Of a DNA stretch of 64,000 bases, positions 32,197-41,590 are shown in pieces (position 1 is the first letter of the stretch; every line of letters begins with the position of its first letter). Source of the DNA: an uncultured Candidatus Saccharibacteria bacterium. GTDB taxonomy: Bacteria; Patescibacteriota; Minisyncoccia; Phycocordibacterales; UBA2100. The translations under genes were made by a program, and so were the position numbers. The notes beneath the pieces are model-generated. The model was not told the origin of the DNA. It made no database searches and saw nothing but the letters and a program-made list of their open reading frames with translations. The stretch covers positions 1,800 through 65,799 of the forward strand of contig CAZZHR010000002.1 in assembly GCA_964654205.1 (NCBI GenBank), written 5' to 3'.

Positions 32197-32820
32197 TCAA
32201 CTTCTGGCGGACGCAAACCCCCGACAGAACGTCGATCGATGCAAGTCGGACAGGCCATGACGGCGTATTGCTTGGCGATGCCGAAGCGTCCCATACCCTT
32301 TATGGATGTCGAAAAAGTAGCGCTCGTACTCAAGAGCGTAGTCTTCCATGACCCTATCGCGGAGCACCTTGGCGACGATGGACGCAAGCGCAATCACCGG
32401 AATGCGCTCGTCGCCCCGCACGAACGACTCCTGGTCCCACACGTCGGAAACGCGCAACCCTGCATCGAGGAGCACATCGGTTTTCTCTGGACTCACACGG
32501 AGCTCCTGGAGCGCGACAGCTGCGGCTTGGCGCGCGGCATTCGCGATGCCTATCTCGTCGATGGTTTTCGCATCAACAAACGCGGCCGCGTGACGAAGCC
32601 GTCCGTGCGCCGCAATGTATTCAAAAAGTATGTCCCGCTGCTGTGCCGAGAGCTGTTTCGAGTCGCGGAGCCGCGGCGTACCTTTGCGCGTGATGAGCGC
32701 GAAGACTTCGCGCCAGTCGAAATCCTGGGGGCACAGTACGGCGCCGACACACACAGGTCCTGCGAGCGCTCCGCGGCCTGCCTCGTCGATACCTACACGG
32801 CACCTCATTGCACCCATCAT
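32197..32820 (-). CDS. rnhB: Ribonuclease HII
   Basis: MRCRVGIDEAGRGALAGPVCVGAV; start moved to the MMGAM cluster to avoid overlap with divergent dnaE. Confidence 0.8.
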   Translation of the reverse strand: MMGAMRCRVGIDEAGRGALAGPVCVGAVLCPQDFDWREVFALITRKGTPRLRDSKQLSAQQRDILFEYIAAHGRLRHAAAFVDAKTIDEIGIANAARQAAAVALQELRVSPEKTDVLLDAGLRVSDVWDQESFVRGDERIPVIALASIVAKVLRDRVMEDYALEYERYFFDIHKGYGTLRHRQAIRRHGLSDLHRSTFCRGFASARS

Positions 32821-32900
32821 AGCAGCAGGAAGAGAAAAAAACGTGCGGTGTATACTGCCCGTATGTCGCCCTCCTTCGCGAAAGCTATGGACGGGCAGGC

Positions 32901-35900
32901 GTGCGCATGAAAAACAATTTCGTACATTTGCATACCCACAGCCATTACTCCCTACTCGAAGCGCTCCCGAAGGTTGAAGACTTGGTCGCCGCTGCAAGGG
33001 CCGATGGCCAGACAGCGCTTGCGCTCACCGATGCTGGCAACATGTACGGCGCCATTGATTTTTACAAAGAGTGCAAAAAAGAGGGTTTGAAGCCGATTAT
33101 CGGCGTGGACTTCTTCGTTGCGCCGCGCACGAGGCACGACAAGGAGCACCGCATCGACGACGCGACCACGCGACTCGTGCTGCTCGCACAGAATGAGACG
33201 GGGTACAAAAATCTCATCCAACTTGTCTCCGCGTCGTACCTGGAAGGCTTCTACTACCGCCCGCGCGTCGATCGCGAACTTCTCGAGAAATACTCCGGCG
33301 GTCTTGTCGCGATTTTGCCCTCCTTCTCAGGCGAACACGCGAAGGCATTGAAAGACGGCCAAAATGCGAAGGCGCGCGACGCTCTCGAGTACTTCAAGAA
33401 GCTTTACGGCGCTCCATCAGCCGGCGGATGTTACGCAGAGATTACGCACCACCCCGACATCGACGGGCACGAAGAGCGCATGGCCAAGATTGCCGAGCTT
33501 GCAAAAGAGGCTGGCCTCCCCCTCGTGGCATCGGGCGACACCTACTACCTCAAGCAGGATGATGCGGTAGCGCGCGAACTCGTCAACAAGATACGTACCG
33601 CGAGCACGCTCAACCGAGACCTCGCGGAAAACCTTCCGGATTTTTCGTTTACAAGTCGGGAGAAAGCATCGCACGTTTTTCGTGATGTTCCTGAGGCCAT
33701 AGACAACACGGTAAAAATCGCCGAGTCTTGCAATCTCGAGCTCACACTTGGCAAGGCTATTTTTCCTGTCTTCCCCATTCCCGAAAACACCACGGCCGAT
33801 GATGAATTGCGCTCCCTCGCTGAGAAGGGAATTCCTGAGCGCGGCTTCGCGGACACGCCGGAGTTGCGTGCACGCATGGATTACGAACTCAGCATCATCA
33901 AGCAGAAAGGCTACGCGTCGTACTTTCTCATCGTAGCAGACCTCCTAGGTCACGCGGCGAGCGTTGGCATTTTCACCAACACGAGAGGCTCTGCTGCGGG
34001 TTCGCTCGTCTCCTACCTCTGCGGCATAACGACCGTCGACCCCATAGCATTCAACATGCCATTCGAGCGCTTCTTGAATCCGGAGCGCCCTTCTGCGCCG
34101 GATATCGACATGGATATCGCCGACAACCGCCGCGACGAGCTTATCGAGTACGCACGCGAAAAATACGGCAAAGACCACGTCGTGCAGATAGGTACATTTG
34201 GCACGATGATGGCGCGCGCTGCCGTGCGCGACGTCGCCCGCGCGCTCGGACACAGCTACGCACTCGGCGATACCGTGGCCAAGCTCATCCCTTTTGGCAA
34301 GCAAGGGTTCCCCGTGACCATCAAGGGCGCGCTCGCCGACACCCCTGAGCTCGCGGAGCTCTACAAACGCGACCCGGACGCGCGGGAGATTCTGGATCTC
34401 GCGCAAAAAATCGAAGGCAATGCGCGGCATGTCGGAGTGCACGCGGCGGGTGTCGTGATAGCCCCATCGCCCGTCACCGAGTACGCGCCGATTCAGCTCG
34501 ACCCGAAGGGGGGCAAAACAATCACACAGTACGACATGTATTCGATTGCCGACGAGTACGGCGGCGTCGGCCTCCTCAAGTTCGACTTCCTCGGCCTCAC
34601 CAACCTTTCCGTACTTGCCGACTCTGTCGCCCGCGTGAGAGCTCGCCTCGGCACCGAGGTCGACCTCGAGAAAATCCCGCTTGATGATAGCAGGGTGTAC
34701 GAGATGCTCGCCGCAGGTCGAACACTCGGCGTCTTCCAAATGGCAGGAAGCGGCATGACTGCGTACCTCAAAGACTTGCAGCCCACCGTCATCCACGACC
34801 TCAACGCGATGGTCGCCCTCTACCGCCCGGGCCCCATGGCATTTATTCCCGAGTACATTCAGCGCAAGCGCAATCCCGCGCTCGTGAAGTACCTCGACCC
34901 GCGCATGGAATCGATTCTCAAGCCCACGTACGGCGTCCTCATCTACCAGGACGACGTCATGATGATGGCGGTGCAACTCGCAGGATACTCGTGGGGAGAG
35001 GCGGATAAGTTCCGCAAAGCGATGGGTAAGAAAATTCCGGAGGAGATGGCAAAGCAGAAAGAGCACTTCCTCTCAGGCTGCATCTCGCATGGGATGAAAG
35101 AGAAGGCGGCGCAGGAGCTCTGGCAGCAGATAGAGACTTTCGCCGCATACGGTTTCAACAAAGCGCACGCAGCTTCATACGGCAATCTCGCGTACAAGAC
35201 CGCGTACATGAAAGCCAACTTCCCTGTCGACTATATGGCGGCCGTCCTCACCGCCGACGCGGGCGATGTCGAAAAAATCGCGGAGGTCGTGGCCGAGTGC
35301 AAACAAATGGGCATCACGATCTTACCCCCGTCGGTCAACGAGAGCATGGGCACGTTCACCGTCATCGACGACAAGACGATACGGTTCGGGCTCTATTCGA
35401 TAAAGAATTTCGGCGTCGGCGTCGCCGACTCCATCATTGCGGCACGCGATACGGCCGGACGCTATGGGGACATCTCAGACTTTATCGCGCGGAATCCCGA
35501 CAAGAATCTCAACAAAAAATCGCTTGAGTCGCTCATACAGAGCGGAGCTATGGACGAACTCGGGGAGCGCGGCCAGTTGCTCGCCAATATAGAGAAGCTC
35601 CTTCAGTATCACAAAGAGTACATGAAGACCCCCCAGGATCAGGGGTCGCTCTTCGGCGCGATGAGCTCGCCGACATCAAAAGTAACGTTCAAGGATGTTT
35701 CTCCCGCGACGCTCGACGAGCGCCTCGCGTGGGAAAAAGAGCTCCTCGGCCTCTACATCTCAGGCCACCCGCTCGACAAGCATGCAGCAAAGCTGCAGAA
35801 CGCGAAAAACAGCATCAGGCACGCGAAGGAGAATCTAAAGGGAGTCGAGACGGTAATAGCGGGTTTCGTGGAGAACGTGCAATCAATCCTTACGAAGAAC

Positions 35901-36086
35901 GGGGAGCGCATGGCGTTCCTCAAGGTCGCAGACCTCTCCGACACCATCGAGGTCGTTGTCTTCCCGCGTACGCTCAAAGAGCAGGAGTCGCTATTTACTG
36001 CGGGAAATTGCATCGCACTCAAAGGCAAAATATCCGAGCGCAATGGCCAGGCGAGCTTCGTGGCCGAAAAAGCAAAAGCCTTATAG
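32901..36086 (+). CDS. dnaE: DNA polymerase III subunit alpha (compact, 1061 aa)
   Basis: PHP domain FVHLHTHSHYSLLEA; polymerase core; C-terminal OB fold. Confidence 0.9.
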   Translation: MRMKNNFVHLHTHSHYSLLEALPKVEDLVAAARADGQTALALTDAGNMYGAIDFYKECKKEGLKPIIGVDFFVAPRTRHDKEHRIDDATTRLVLLAQNETGYKNLIQLVSASYLEGFYYRPRVDRELLEKYSGGLVAILPSFSGEHAKALKDGQNAKARDALEYFKKLYGAPSAGGCYAEITHHPDIDGHEERMAKIAELAKEAGLPLVASGDTYYLKQDDAVARELVNKIRTASTLNRDLAENLPDFSFTSREKASHVFRDVPEAIDNTVKIAESCNLELTLGKAIFPVFPIPENTTADDELRSLAEKGIPERGFADTPELRARMDYELSIIKQKGYASYFLIVADLLGHAASVGIFTNTRGSAAGSLVSYLCGITTVDPIAFNMPFERFLNPERPSAPDIDMDIADNRRDELIEYAREKYGKDHVVQIGTFGTMMARAAVRDVARALGHSYALGDTVAKLIPFGKQGFPVTIKGALADTPELAELYKRDPDAREILDLAQKIEGNARHVGVHAAGVVIAPSPVTEYAPIQLDPKGGKTITQYDMYSIADEYGGVGLLKFDFLGLTNLSVLADSVARVRARLGTEVDLEKIPLDDSRVYEMLAAGRTLGVFQMAGSGMTAYLKDLQPTVIHDLNAMVALYRPGPMAFIPEYIQRKRNPALVKYLDPRMESILKPTYGVLIYQDDVMMMAVQLAGYSWGEADKFRKAMGKKIPEEMAKQKEHFLSGCISHGMKEKAAQELWQQIETFAAYGFNKAHAASYGNLAYKTAYMKANFPVDYMAAVLTADAGDVEKIAEVVAECKQMGITILPPSVNESMGTFTVIDDKTIRFGLYSIKNFGVGVADSIIAARDTAGRYGDISDFIARNPDKNLNKKSLESLIQSGAMDELGERGQLLANIEKLLQYHKEYMKTPQDQGSLFGAMSSPTSKVTFKDVSPATLDERLAWEKELLGLYISGHPLDKHAAKLQNAKNSIRHAKENLKGVETVIAGFVENVQSILTKNGERMAFLKVADLSDTIEVVVFPRTLKEQESLFTAGNCIALKGKISERNGQASFVAEKAKAL

Positions 36087-36119
36087 CATATTTGTACGAG
36101 CGGCTCTAATGCTGCTATC

Positions 36120-37871
36120 ATGCACCGATATATGGCCGAACTTGAGCATATCCGGCACACGCTCGCGCACCTCCTCGCACAGGCCATACTCGAGAGCTAC
36201 CCCAAGGCAAAACTCACGCTCGGCCCCGCCGTCGACAACGGTTTCTACTACGATGTCGACTTCGGTGAGGACAAAGTCCCGGAGGAAAGCCTCAAGACAT
36301 TTCAAAAGACGATGAAAAAGCGCCTCTCATCGTGGAAAGAGTTCACGCATGAGGAAGTCTCCAGGGAAAAAGCCCTCGAAATCTTTGCCGGCAACGAGTA
36401 CAAGGCCGAGCTCATCGAGGAAATCGCCGAGCGCGGCGAGACAATCACGCTCTACACCTGCGGCGGATTTACCGACCTGTGCCGCGGCGGTCACGCAGAG
36501 AATCCCGCACAAGACATCGACCCCGACAGCTTCAAACTCGACCGCATCGCGGGCGCATACTGGCGGGGCGATGAAAAAAATAAGATGCTCACCCGCATCT
36601 ACGGCCTCGCATTTGCGAGCAAGGAGGAACTGGATGCCTACCTCGTCCAGCGCGAAGAGGCCAAGAAGCGCGACCACAGGAAGATTGCACGCGAGCAGGA
36701 TCTGCTTGTCTTTTCCGACCTCGTCGGAAGTGGCATGCCCATGTATACGCCTAAGGGCAACATCGCGCGCAATGCCATCGTCAATTACTCGCGCGAACTC
36801 AATGCAAAGCTGGGCTTTGGCGAAGTACACACACCCAACATCAACAAAGCGGAGCTCTTCAAACTCTCAGGCCACTACGACGCATACAAGGAAGACATGC
36901 TCTCTGTCCGTTCGCAGTACGTGAGTGATGAAATGTTTCTCAAGCCGATGAACTGCCCGCAGCACACGCAGATCTTTGAATCGCAGCCGCGCAGTTACCG
37001 CGACCTCCCTATCCGATATGCCGACTTCGCGAATCTGTACCGCGACGAGAGGCCGGGCGAACTTTCAGGCCTCACGAGACTTCGCGCGTTTGCTCAGGAC
37101 GATGGGCACATCTTTTGCCGCGAAGACCAGATTGAGCAAGAGGTCTCTGCAGTTCTCGGCGCGATTCAAGAAGCACTCGCGACATACAAGATTGGATACT
37201 GGATGCGGCTCTCGCTGAGCGACCCGCAGAACCCGGCCAAGTATCTCGGTGATCCTGCGGTATGGCAGCGCGCCGAAGCAATCATGCGCGACCTTCTTAC
37301 CAAAAAAGGCATCGAGCACAAAGAAGCAGTCGGCGAGGCAGCTTTCTACGGCCCGAAAATCGACATCATGGCCGTCGACGCGATAGGACGAGAGTGGCAG
37401 ATTTCGACCGTACAGCTCGACTTTGTCCAACCATCACGCTTCCAGCTCGAGTACACGGCAGAAGACGGCGGCAAACAAACGCCAGTCATGATACATCGCG
37501 CTCTCATCGGTTCGCCCGATAGATTCCTCGGCATTCTCATCGAGCACTATGCGGGCGCGTTCCCCCTCTGGATGGCACCGGTGCAGCTCAGCATCCTTCC
37601 TGTCTCTGAAACGCACTCGGAGTATGGGCGCAGCGTCGCGCAGCAGCTTAAAGATGCGGGGCTCCGCGTGGAACTCGACGAGACAGATAGTCTCGGCAAG
37701 CGCATCCGCACCATGAAGATGCAGAAAGTGCCGCTCTACATCGTCGTCGGCGACCAGGAGGTCGACGCAAAGACCGTGACGGTGGAAGACCGTGCGGGAG
37801 AAAAGCGCACGCTCGCACTCCCTGCACTTATCGACGAACTCAAGCAAAAAATCTCCTCCCGCTCCCTCTAG
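36120..37871 (+). CDS. thrS: Threonine--tRNA ligase (short form lacking TGS N-terminus)
   Basis: Class II core and anticodon-binding domain; editing-domain HxxxH context; collinear with ThrS from the second N-terminal domain onward. Confidence 0.85.
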   Translation: MHRYMAELEHIRHTLAHLLAQAILESYPKAKLTLGPAVDNGFYYDVDFGEDKVPEESLKTFQKTMKKRLSSWKEFTHEEVSREKALEIFAGNEYKAELIEEIAERGETITLYTCGGFTDLCRGGHAENPAQDIDPDSFKLDRIAGAYWRGDEKNKMLTRIYGLAFASKEELDAYLVQREEAKKRDHRKIAREQDLLVFSDLVGSGMPMYTPKGNIARNAIVNYSRELNAKLGFGEVHTPNINKAELFKLSGHYDAYKEDMLSVRSQYVSDEMFLKPMNCPQHTQIFESQPRSYRDLPIRYADFANLYRDERPGELSGLTRLRAFAQDDGHIFCREDQIEQEVSAVLGAIQEALATYKIGYWMRLSLSDPQNPAKYLGDPAVWQRAEAIMRDLLTKKGIEHKEAVGEAAFYGPKIDIMAVDAIGREWQISTVQLDFVQPSRFQLEYTAEDGGKQTPVMIHRALIGSPDRFLGILIEHYAGAFPLWMAPVQLSILPVSETHSEYGRSVAQQLKDAGLRVELDETDSLGKRIRTMKMQKVPLYIVVGDQEVDAKTVTVEDRAGEKRTLALPALIDELKQKISSRSL

Positions 37872-37946
37872 CAACATCGACACGCCCCAGACTGGTCTCA
37901 AACACATTTCGAGCACGTTTCAAACTACTGTCTCTGTGGTCTGTAC

Positions 37947-37992
37947 GCACATACACCAACCCCCCACGACCGTTTGGAGTTGGTGTATGTGC
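37947..37992 (-). promoter_or_regulatory. Element A: ATACACCAA-N6-ACGGTCGT-N6-TTGGTGTAT, 11 nt past the stop of PaaX-like gene 1
   Basis: Same element and orientation as 38567-38612. Confidence 0.7.
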
Positions 37993-38002
37993 AGATCGAG
38001 CC

Positions 38003-38572
38003 CTAAGCCAAACCGAAGTCGCGCTTGAGAGAAGCTTCCCCCTCAAGCTCTTGCACGACCATGTATCGCATCTTGTAGCCGATACGCCACTCAGATTTCA
38101 AAAGTGCGACTAAGTCTTCACAATTGTACGGAAACACCCAGACGCTGTCCTGAAGTCGCACGAAACCAAGGTGCCTGAGCATTTCCCGGATGCGATCGCG
38201 CAGTCGACGGTTCTTCTCTGGAATGTCAAAAATAAGCACTCGCCACTTCCCGTCCCATTTTTTCTGATTCCGTGCCTGAAGGTCTGCCACACTTTGCAAC
38301 CTCTCGAGCTCGCGCGCACCGAGCGCTGTCAGGCGCAAGCCCGCTGCCTCCCGCCGAGCATACCCCTTTTCGACGAGTCGCCGGTATGTGCGCCTCATAC
38401 TCTCGCCCTGTCGCGGACCAGGGACTAGTCCGAGTCGCTTCAGACCTTGCACTGCATTTGGAGCCGCAATAGCAATCGCGAGCAGTCCGCCTAATTTGAG
38501 CGTCTCGAGTGCGACCTGTTGAATTTTCTCTTTTCTCGAACGCGATGCACCTCTCTCCTCCAATCGCCCCAT
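38003..38572 (-). CDS. PaaX-family-like transcriptional regulator, paralog 1 (190 aa)
   Basis: GLRLTALGARELERLQ...WDGKWRVLIFDIPEKNRRLRDRIREMLRHLGFVRLQDSVWVFPY parallels PaaX (GLRLTRRAESK..WDGKW) and has a Cas2/VapD-like core. Start set at MGRLEERG by alignment to paralog 2. Confidence 0.55.
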   Translation of the reverse strand: MGRLEERGASRSRKEKIQQVALETLKLGGLLAIAIAAPNAVQGLKRLGLVPGPRQGESMRRTYRRLVEKGYARREAAGLRLTALGARELERLQSVADLQARNQKKWDGKWRVLIFDIPEKNRRLRDRIREMLRHLGFVRLQDSVWVFPYNCEDLVALLKSEWRIGYKMRYMVVQELEGEASLKRDFGLA

Positions 38573-38612
38573 ACACCAAGTATATACGACCGTGGGGTAT
38601 TGGTGTATTGGG
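38567..38612 (-). promoter_or_regulatory. Element B: the same 37-bp inverted-repeat element, overlapping the start codon and -10 region of PaaX-like gene 1
   Basis: cccCATacaccaagtatatacgaccgtggggtattggtgtat; TATACT box 6 nt before the ATG suggests a leaderless transcript. Confidence 0.65.
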
Positions 38613-38746
38613 TAAGATGGAAATGCGGGGGTGTCTGCGACCGTCAGCTCAGCGGTCGATTGCGACAACGCGAAAGCCCCGGCGTATGCCGGGGCTTTGC
38701 GTTCACTTGTTTCCCTCTTTCGAGAGCTTGGAGCGGGCGGCGGCGT

Positions 38747-40069
38747 TTAGGCGCGCGAGATGACGAGACGCGGCGTGCCGTAGGCATCGCGAGTCACCTT
38801 CATCGCATCGCGGGTCATCGAATCGCTAGTCGGAAGCTCGAAGTGATTAGCCTTGACCTCCTGGGTCGTGGCTACCTCTTCTGTCTGCTCCTCTGCTCGA
38901 CTGCGCGAAATCATCGAAGTCGCGAGCGCGAGAGCGCCACCCTTGTAGTAGACGAGGAGGTAGCTACCCGCTATCGCGAGAGCGATGAGGCCAGCCCAGT
39001 ACGCGATGTTCGCGATAGGACCGAGTGTCAGACCCGTGTACGGAATCTGCGTGAGCGAGACGTACGGAGAGACTGGCGCCGCCGGAGCAACGTAGCTCTG
39101 CGTGTGACACGTGTACGTGCCGCCAGGACCGGAGACCGTGAGCGAGTAGACCGTGTTGCCGTAGGCGTAGAGCGAAGTAGAACCATTCGGAGCGACCTGA
39201 CCGACCGACGGCGTGATGTACGCGCTGGTGACAAGTCCCTGCGAACTCCACGTGAGCGTAATCATGCCTGTCGTGTAGTAGCCCTGGCCAATCGTGATGA
39301 CACAGTACGGAGCCTGGGCCTGCGGATAGACAGGGTAGCTCGGGTACACAGGGTAGCTCGGAGCGACATACTGCACTATCGGCTGCGGGTTCGCCTGCGT
39401 GACGGTCGTCACGTTGGTGTTCACGTTGGTGTTCGTGTTCACGTTGCAGCTGTTGTTGACGCAGTTGTTATTCGTCACTGGAGGCTGCGGCGCAGGCGGG
39501 ATGTATACCGGCGGCTGCGGCCTCGGAGGCTGCTGCGGCGGGTAGCTCGGGTACGAGGGGAAGCTCGGGAAGGAAGGCGTCGAGAACTTCGGAGGCACAA
39601 TGCTCATCGGGCTCGAGAACGGCTTGAAGCTGTAGCTTTCGTACTGTCCACACGAATAGCAGTCGTCGAGCGGGTAGGACCAATCATTACCCATGTCGTA
39701 GGACCAGTCACAGGTATAACAGTCGTCGAGCGGGTAGGACCAGTCACTGCCGATGTCGTACGACCAGTCGTTACCCATGTCGTACGACCAGTCGCTACCC
39801 ATGTCGTACGACCAGTCGCTACCCATGTCGTACGACCAGTCGCTACCCATGTCGTACGACCAGTCGCTTCCCATGTCGTAGGACCAATCATTACCCATGT
39901 CGTACGACCAGTCGCTGCCCATGTCGTAGGACCAATCGCTGCCCATGTCGTAGGACCAGTCTTCCCCATCGGCGTGTGCAATCGTGGCAAATGCGCCGAA
40001 AGAAAGCGCTGCCGCAATCGCGACCACTGTGAGACCAAAGAGCAGGTTTCTTATTGATGCATTTGTCAT
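38747..40069 (-). CDS. Secreted or surface protein with about 12 tandem DWSYDMGS octapeptide repeats, a Pro/Tyr-rich linker, an IPYTG motif followed by a TM segment, and a cytoplasmic tail
   Basis: Signal peptide; 24-bp in-frame tandem repeats; PSYPVYP repeats; IPYTG then LTLGPIANIAYWAGLIALAIAGSYLLVYYK. Confidence 0.7.
   Translation of the reverse strand: MTNASIRNLLFGLTVVAIAAALSFGAFATIAHADGEDWSYDMGSDWSYDMGSDWSYDMGNDWSYDMGSDWSYDMGSDWSYDMGSDWSYDMGSDWSYDMGNDWSYDIGSDWSYPLDDCYTCDWSYDMGNDWSYPLDDCYSCGQYESYSFKPFSSPMSIVPPKFSTPSFPSFPSYPSYPPQQPPRPQPPVYIPPAPQPPVTNNNCVNNSCNVNTNTNVNTNVTTVTQANPQPIVQYVAPSYPVYPSYPVYPQAQAPYCVITIGQGYYTTGMITLTWSSQGLVTSAYITPSVGQVAPNGSTSLYAYGNTVYSLTVSGPGGTYTCHTQSYVAPAAPVSPYVSLTQIPYTGLTLGPIANIAYWAGLIALAIAGSYLLVYYKGGALALATSMISRSRAEEQTEEVATTQEVKANHFELPTSDSMTRDAMKVTRDAYGTPRLVISRA
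39626..39961 (-). repeat. 24-bp in-frame tandem repeats encoding DWSYDMGS
   Basis: Period 24 nt, about 12 units with wobble variation; no spacers. Confidence 0.85.
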
Positions 40070-40130
40070 AATTGCATTCGTTTTACTTTTAAGCCGGGCT
40101 AATAAAAGCTAATAATCGCTTTACAAAGCT

Positions 40131-40158
40131 ATTATATCAGGTATTCGAGGGTTGTCAA
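40131..40158 (-). promoter_or_regulatory. Consensus sigma-70 promoter: TTGACA, 16-nt spacer, TATAAT (minus strand) for 38747-40069
   Basis: Exact hexamers in an AT-rich stretch. Confidence 0.65.
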
Positions 40159-40224
40159 GTACCTCTGAAAGAGGTGGAGAGCGGCCGCGAGACCGCTCTC
40201 CCAGTTCGTCGGACTCCCTTGGAC

Positions 40225-40635
40225 TCACGAAGACGGCTGCGGGCTGACCGGCCTGCTCTTGCAGGTGTTGTCGGGGTGGAGCCAGCCATACTGCCCCGCG
40301 TGCGGCGAGTTCGCCGGTGCCATGCAGCGGCCGTTGGGCAAAGCTGTCGGGCGCGTCGGATCCGCGACAGGCGGCGGCACGTAGGCATAGCCCGGGACAC
40401 GTGCGAGCGGCAAAGCGCAGATGCCAGGCCGGTAGGCATGCGGCCGCACCTTGTAACGCTCGTACGCGTACTTCGGCTTATAGCGCCGCGGGGGCACATA
40501 CCGCCGCGGCTTGCAGCTGCGATGATGGAAGCCGAACTCGGGGCCACAGTAACCGGCCAGAGCAACCGGAGCCGAGAACATGGTACTTCCGAGCGCCGCG
40601 GCAGCCGCCGCAGCTATCAGAGCCAACTTCTTCAT
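40225..40635 (-). CDS. Secreted basic Pro/Tyr/Arg-rich protein with conserved C-terminal Cys motif domain, paralog A
   Basis: Signal peptide MKKLALIAAAAAAALGSTMFSAPVALA; C-terminus LPNGRCMAPANSPHAGQYGWLHPDNTCKSRP is shared with 40840-41493; RBS GGAGG. Confidence 0.65.
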   Translation of the reverse strand: MKKLALIAAAAAAALGSTMFSAPVALAGYCGPEFGFHHRSCKPRRYVPPRRYKPKYAYERYKVRPHAYRPGICALPLARVPGYAYVPPPVADPTRPTALPNGRCMAPANSPHAGQYGWLHPDNTCKSRPVSPQPSS

Positions 40636-40771
40636 GGTGGAGGTCCTCCGTTGAAACGATCGCGAAGCCGGGCGATGAGGCGTCAGCCTCGATATCATGA
40701 ACACCCAGATTCTTGCCGCGCATTAATTCACTCTTGAGCGGCACTGTCAAGTAGTACGCCATATTGATTAT

Positions 40772-40812
40772 GAAGAAAAGCTTAAGGGGGGCAGAGCAAG
40801 CTCTGTCCCCCC
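40772..40812 (-). terminator. Intrinsic terminator of paralog B gene
   Basis: GGGGGGCAGAGCaaGCTCTGTCCCCCC, a 12-bp stem, followed by a T-rich tract on the minus strand. Confidence 0.8.
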
Positions 40813-40839
40813 TTTGTGAACGCAACCGGCGTTCGATCG

Positions 40840-41493
40840 TCAGTAGTAGGCGTAACGCACCGCCGCAGCAGCCGGCGGCCTTCCCTTGCAGGTGCCATCC
40901 GGATGGATGAAGCCCATCTGCCCAGCGTGCGGCGAATTCGCCGGCGCCATGCAGCGCCCGTTCGGGAGCGGTGCCGCGGCATTGACGCCGCAGCCACGCG
41001 CACCGCACGTCGGCGCCATCGCACGCGGACCGCAGTTGACGCAGTTCACACGCGGGCGCGAGTCGGAGCGGATGATGTTCGTGTTGGGCGGGTTCGGAAC
41101 GACGATATTGATCGGCCGTTCCAGAACCGCCTTCGCGATTTCCGCCGCCTGCTGACGTGCAGCTGCCGTCTCGGTCGCCGCGTTCAGCACGCGGACCGTG
41201 TCGTTGGACTGCCGCACGGCGGCGTCCGACTTCCGGATGTCGAGATCGGTGCGAACGACTTCCGTGCAGAGGTCGTTGGTGCAGCGCTCGTAGTTGGCAC
41301 TGCCGACCATCGTGTTCACCACGAAGTAGCCGCCGAGGCCGAGGCCGACGACGACAACGAGCGTGATGAGCAGGTTGAAGAGCGGCGTGCTGTCGGAATC
41401 CTGGAGCGGCACCCACCTGTCCTGGCGGGCTGAAGCTCGCTCCTCTCCAGTCTCGGTGTTGAAGTAACCGGTAGTGCGACGACGTCCGAACAT
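40840..41493 (-). CDS. Membrane-anchored protein with the same C-terminal Cys motif domain, paralog B
   Basis: Signal-anchor LFNLLITLVVVVGLGLGGYFVV; C-terminus LPNGRCMAPANSPHAGQMGFIHPDGTCKGRP; RBS AGAAGGAGAA. Confidence 0.65.
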   Translation of the reverse strand: MFGRRRTTGYFNTETGEERASARQDRWVPLQDSDSTPLFNLLITLVVVVGLGLGGYFVVNTMVGSANYERCTNDLCTEVVRTDLDIRKSDAAVRQSNDTVRVLNAATETAAARQQAAEIAKAVLERPINIVVPNPPNTNIIRSDSRPRVNCVNCGPRAMAPTCGARGCGVNAAAPLPNGRCMAPANSPHAGQMGFIHPDGTCKGRPPAAAAVRYAYY

Positions 41494-41590
41494 GGCGTTC
41501 TCCTTCTGAGTTGCCTAGTTGCTATGGGTTGCGTTTGGAACTCGAGGCAGAAATCGTGGCATTGCTGCCTCGAATTCCACTCGTAGTATC

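Noticed and set aside
38003-38668. Longer 221-aa form of PaaX-like paralog 1 starting at the TTG at 38668
   Set aside because: Alignment with paralog 2 places the start at MGRLEERG (38572); the upstream 32 codons would run through the conserved flanking element and the -10 box.
39626-39961. Regular 24-bp tandem repeats that at first glance resemble a CRISPR or minisatellite array
   Set aside because: The period is too short, the units are contiguous with no spacers, and the array is in frame inside a long ORF encoding DWSYDMGS repeats; no cas genes are nearby.
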